Positions 25,036 through 25,784 of a stretch of DNA of 25,784 bases are shown one piece after another. The first letter of the stretch is position 1, and every line of letters starts with the position of its first letter. Origin of the DNA: Candidatus Binatia bacterium (GTDB lineage: Bacteria > Desulfobacterota > Binatia > Bin18); contig CAXXHG010000023.1 in assembly GCA_963666315.2 (NCBI GenBank), positions 1 through 25,784 of the forward strand, in the 5' to 3' direction. A program made the position numbers and the translations under genes. The notes beneath the pieces are model-generated. The model was not told the DNA's origin and did no database searches. It worked only from the letters and a program-made list of their open reading frames with translations.

Positions 25036-25784
25036 ATGGTGGGAAATCAGTCACATATAGACGCTCCGATGAATTATCTGGTTACTGACATGGAGGAAAA
25101 GCCAACCTATTATCTGTGCACCCCACCCCCCGGCGTACCGCAGCGCAACTCGCGACAGGTCAAGCACGCCATGTCGATTGAGAATGGCCGCGAGCACCTC
25201 AACGATATCTCCTTGGACAAGCAAGGCATTACTTTCACCAAGCATGAGACGGCAGTCGAGAATTTCTACGATGCTGAAGAAGTGAAGGCCGTCTACTATC
25301 CAGAGGTTGCCGAGTTGGTCAAAAAGATCACCGGCGCCGAAAAGGTGCACGTGTTCGACCACAACGTCCGCTGCAAGCCCAAGAGTGAGCGGGGCGAGAA
25401 CGGTGTCAGCGAACCCGTCAAGTTCGCCCACAACGACTACACGCTCAAATCTGGTCCACAACGCGTGCGCGACCTGCTGCCGGCTGAAGAAGCCGAAGAG
25501 CGCCTCAAGCATCGCTTTGCAGTCATCAACGTCTGGCGACCGATCCGCGGTCCTGTCCAGGATACACCACTGGCCGTATGCGATGCCGAGAGTATGACGC
25601 AAGAAGACTTTAATGAAACCGACCTCAAATACGAAAACCGGACCGGTGAGGTCTATTCGGTTTCCCACAGCCCGAACCACCGCTGGTTTTATTTCCCGGA
25701 TATGGAACGCAACGAAGCCATGCTGCTCAAGTGCTACGACTCCAGCACCGACGGGCGGGCCCGCATTACCGCGCACTCCGCATT
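25036..25784 (+). CDS. CmcJ/NvfI/AsaB-family Fe(II)/2OG-type oxidoreductase, partial (runs off the window)
   Basis: AAGGAGG plus ATG at 25036. Manual translation: SLDKQG, YYPEV..LVK..TGA..V.VFDHNVR, AHNDYT, INVWRPI, PLAVCDA, HRWFYFPDM, KCYDS, TAHSA. Absent from the ORF track because it has no stop in the window. Confidence 0.9.
   Translation, partial: MVGNQSHIDAPMNYLVTDMEEKPTYYLCTPPPGVPQRNSRQVKHAMSIENGREHLNDISLDKQGITFTKHETAVENFYDAEEVKAVYYPEVAELVKKITGAEKVHVFDHNVRCKPKSERGENGVSEPVKFAHNDYTLKSGPQRVRDLLPAEEAEERLKHRFAVINVWRPIRGPVQDTPLAVCDAESMTQEDFNETDLKYENRTGEVYSVSHSPNHRWFYFPDMERNEAMLLKCYDSSTDGRARITAHSA

Noticed and set aside
25051-25776. 241-aa minus-strand ORF
   Set aside because: Antisense shadow of the plus-strand CmcJ/NvfI-family gene, which has the RBS and family motifs.
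1-25784. CRISPR array, tRNA or rRNA genes
   Set aside because: No regularly spaced repeat-spacer series and no cloverleaf or rRNA-like segment was seen; the repeats present are isolated palindromes.

Overview
A 25.8-kb bacterial chromosomal window of moderately high GC. No rRNA, tRNA or CRISPR array is visible. (1) 1-3.2 kb is a patchwork of broken genes: a tyrosine recombinase disrupted by a 22-bp tandem duplication and truncated against a Sel1-repeat fragment, a YggL/DUF469-like ORF, a serine-resolvase remnant, a cytochrome P460 N-terminal fragment, a conserved-hypothetical C-terminal fragment and an orphan AbrB/MazE-type gene. (2) 3.3-19.5 kb is mostly intact catabolic and detoxification genes: GST, GNAT, a secreted YD-repeat protein, an HpcH aldolase, an LLM oxidoreductase coupled to a lysine-less ADC-like protein, a class II aldolase, an alpha/beta hydrolase, a MaoC pair, a dienelactone hydrolase, two tandem amidohydrolases, an MFS transporter and a fused two-domain family III CoA-transferase. 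This block is interrupted at 8.3-9.6 kb by a small decayed island of palindromic repeats, a Coq4-like pseudogene, an attC-like palindrome and a GNAT pseudogene. (3) mutS follows. (4) Divergent from mutS is a PHA-synthase module (short PhaE/PhaR-like subunit, PhaC, GNAT) with several frame disruptions that may be sequencing errors. A CmcJ/NvfI/AsaB-family oxygenase missing from the ORF track runs off the window end. All calls rest on motif recognition by eye; no searches were run. I see no unambiguous novel system. The best candidates are the small-subunit/PhaC/GNAT module, the LLM plus Lys-less ADC pair, and the fragment patchwork.
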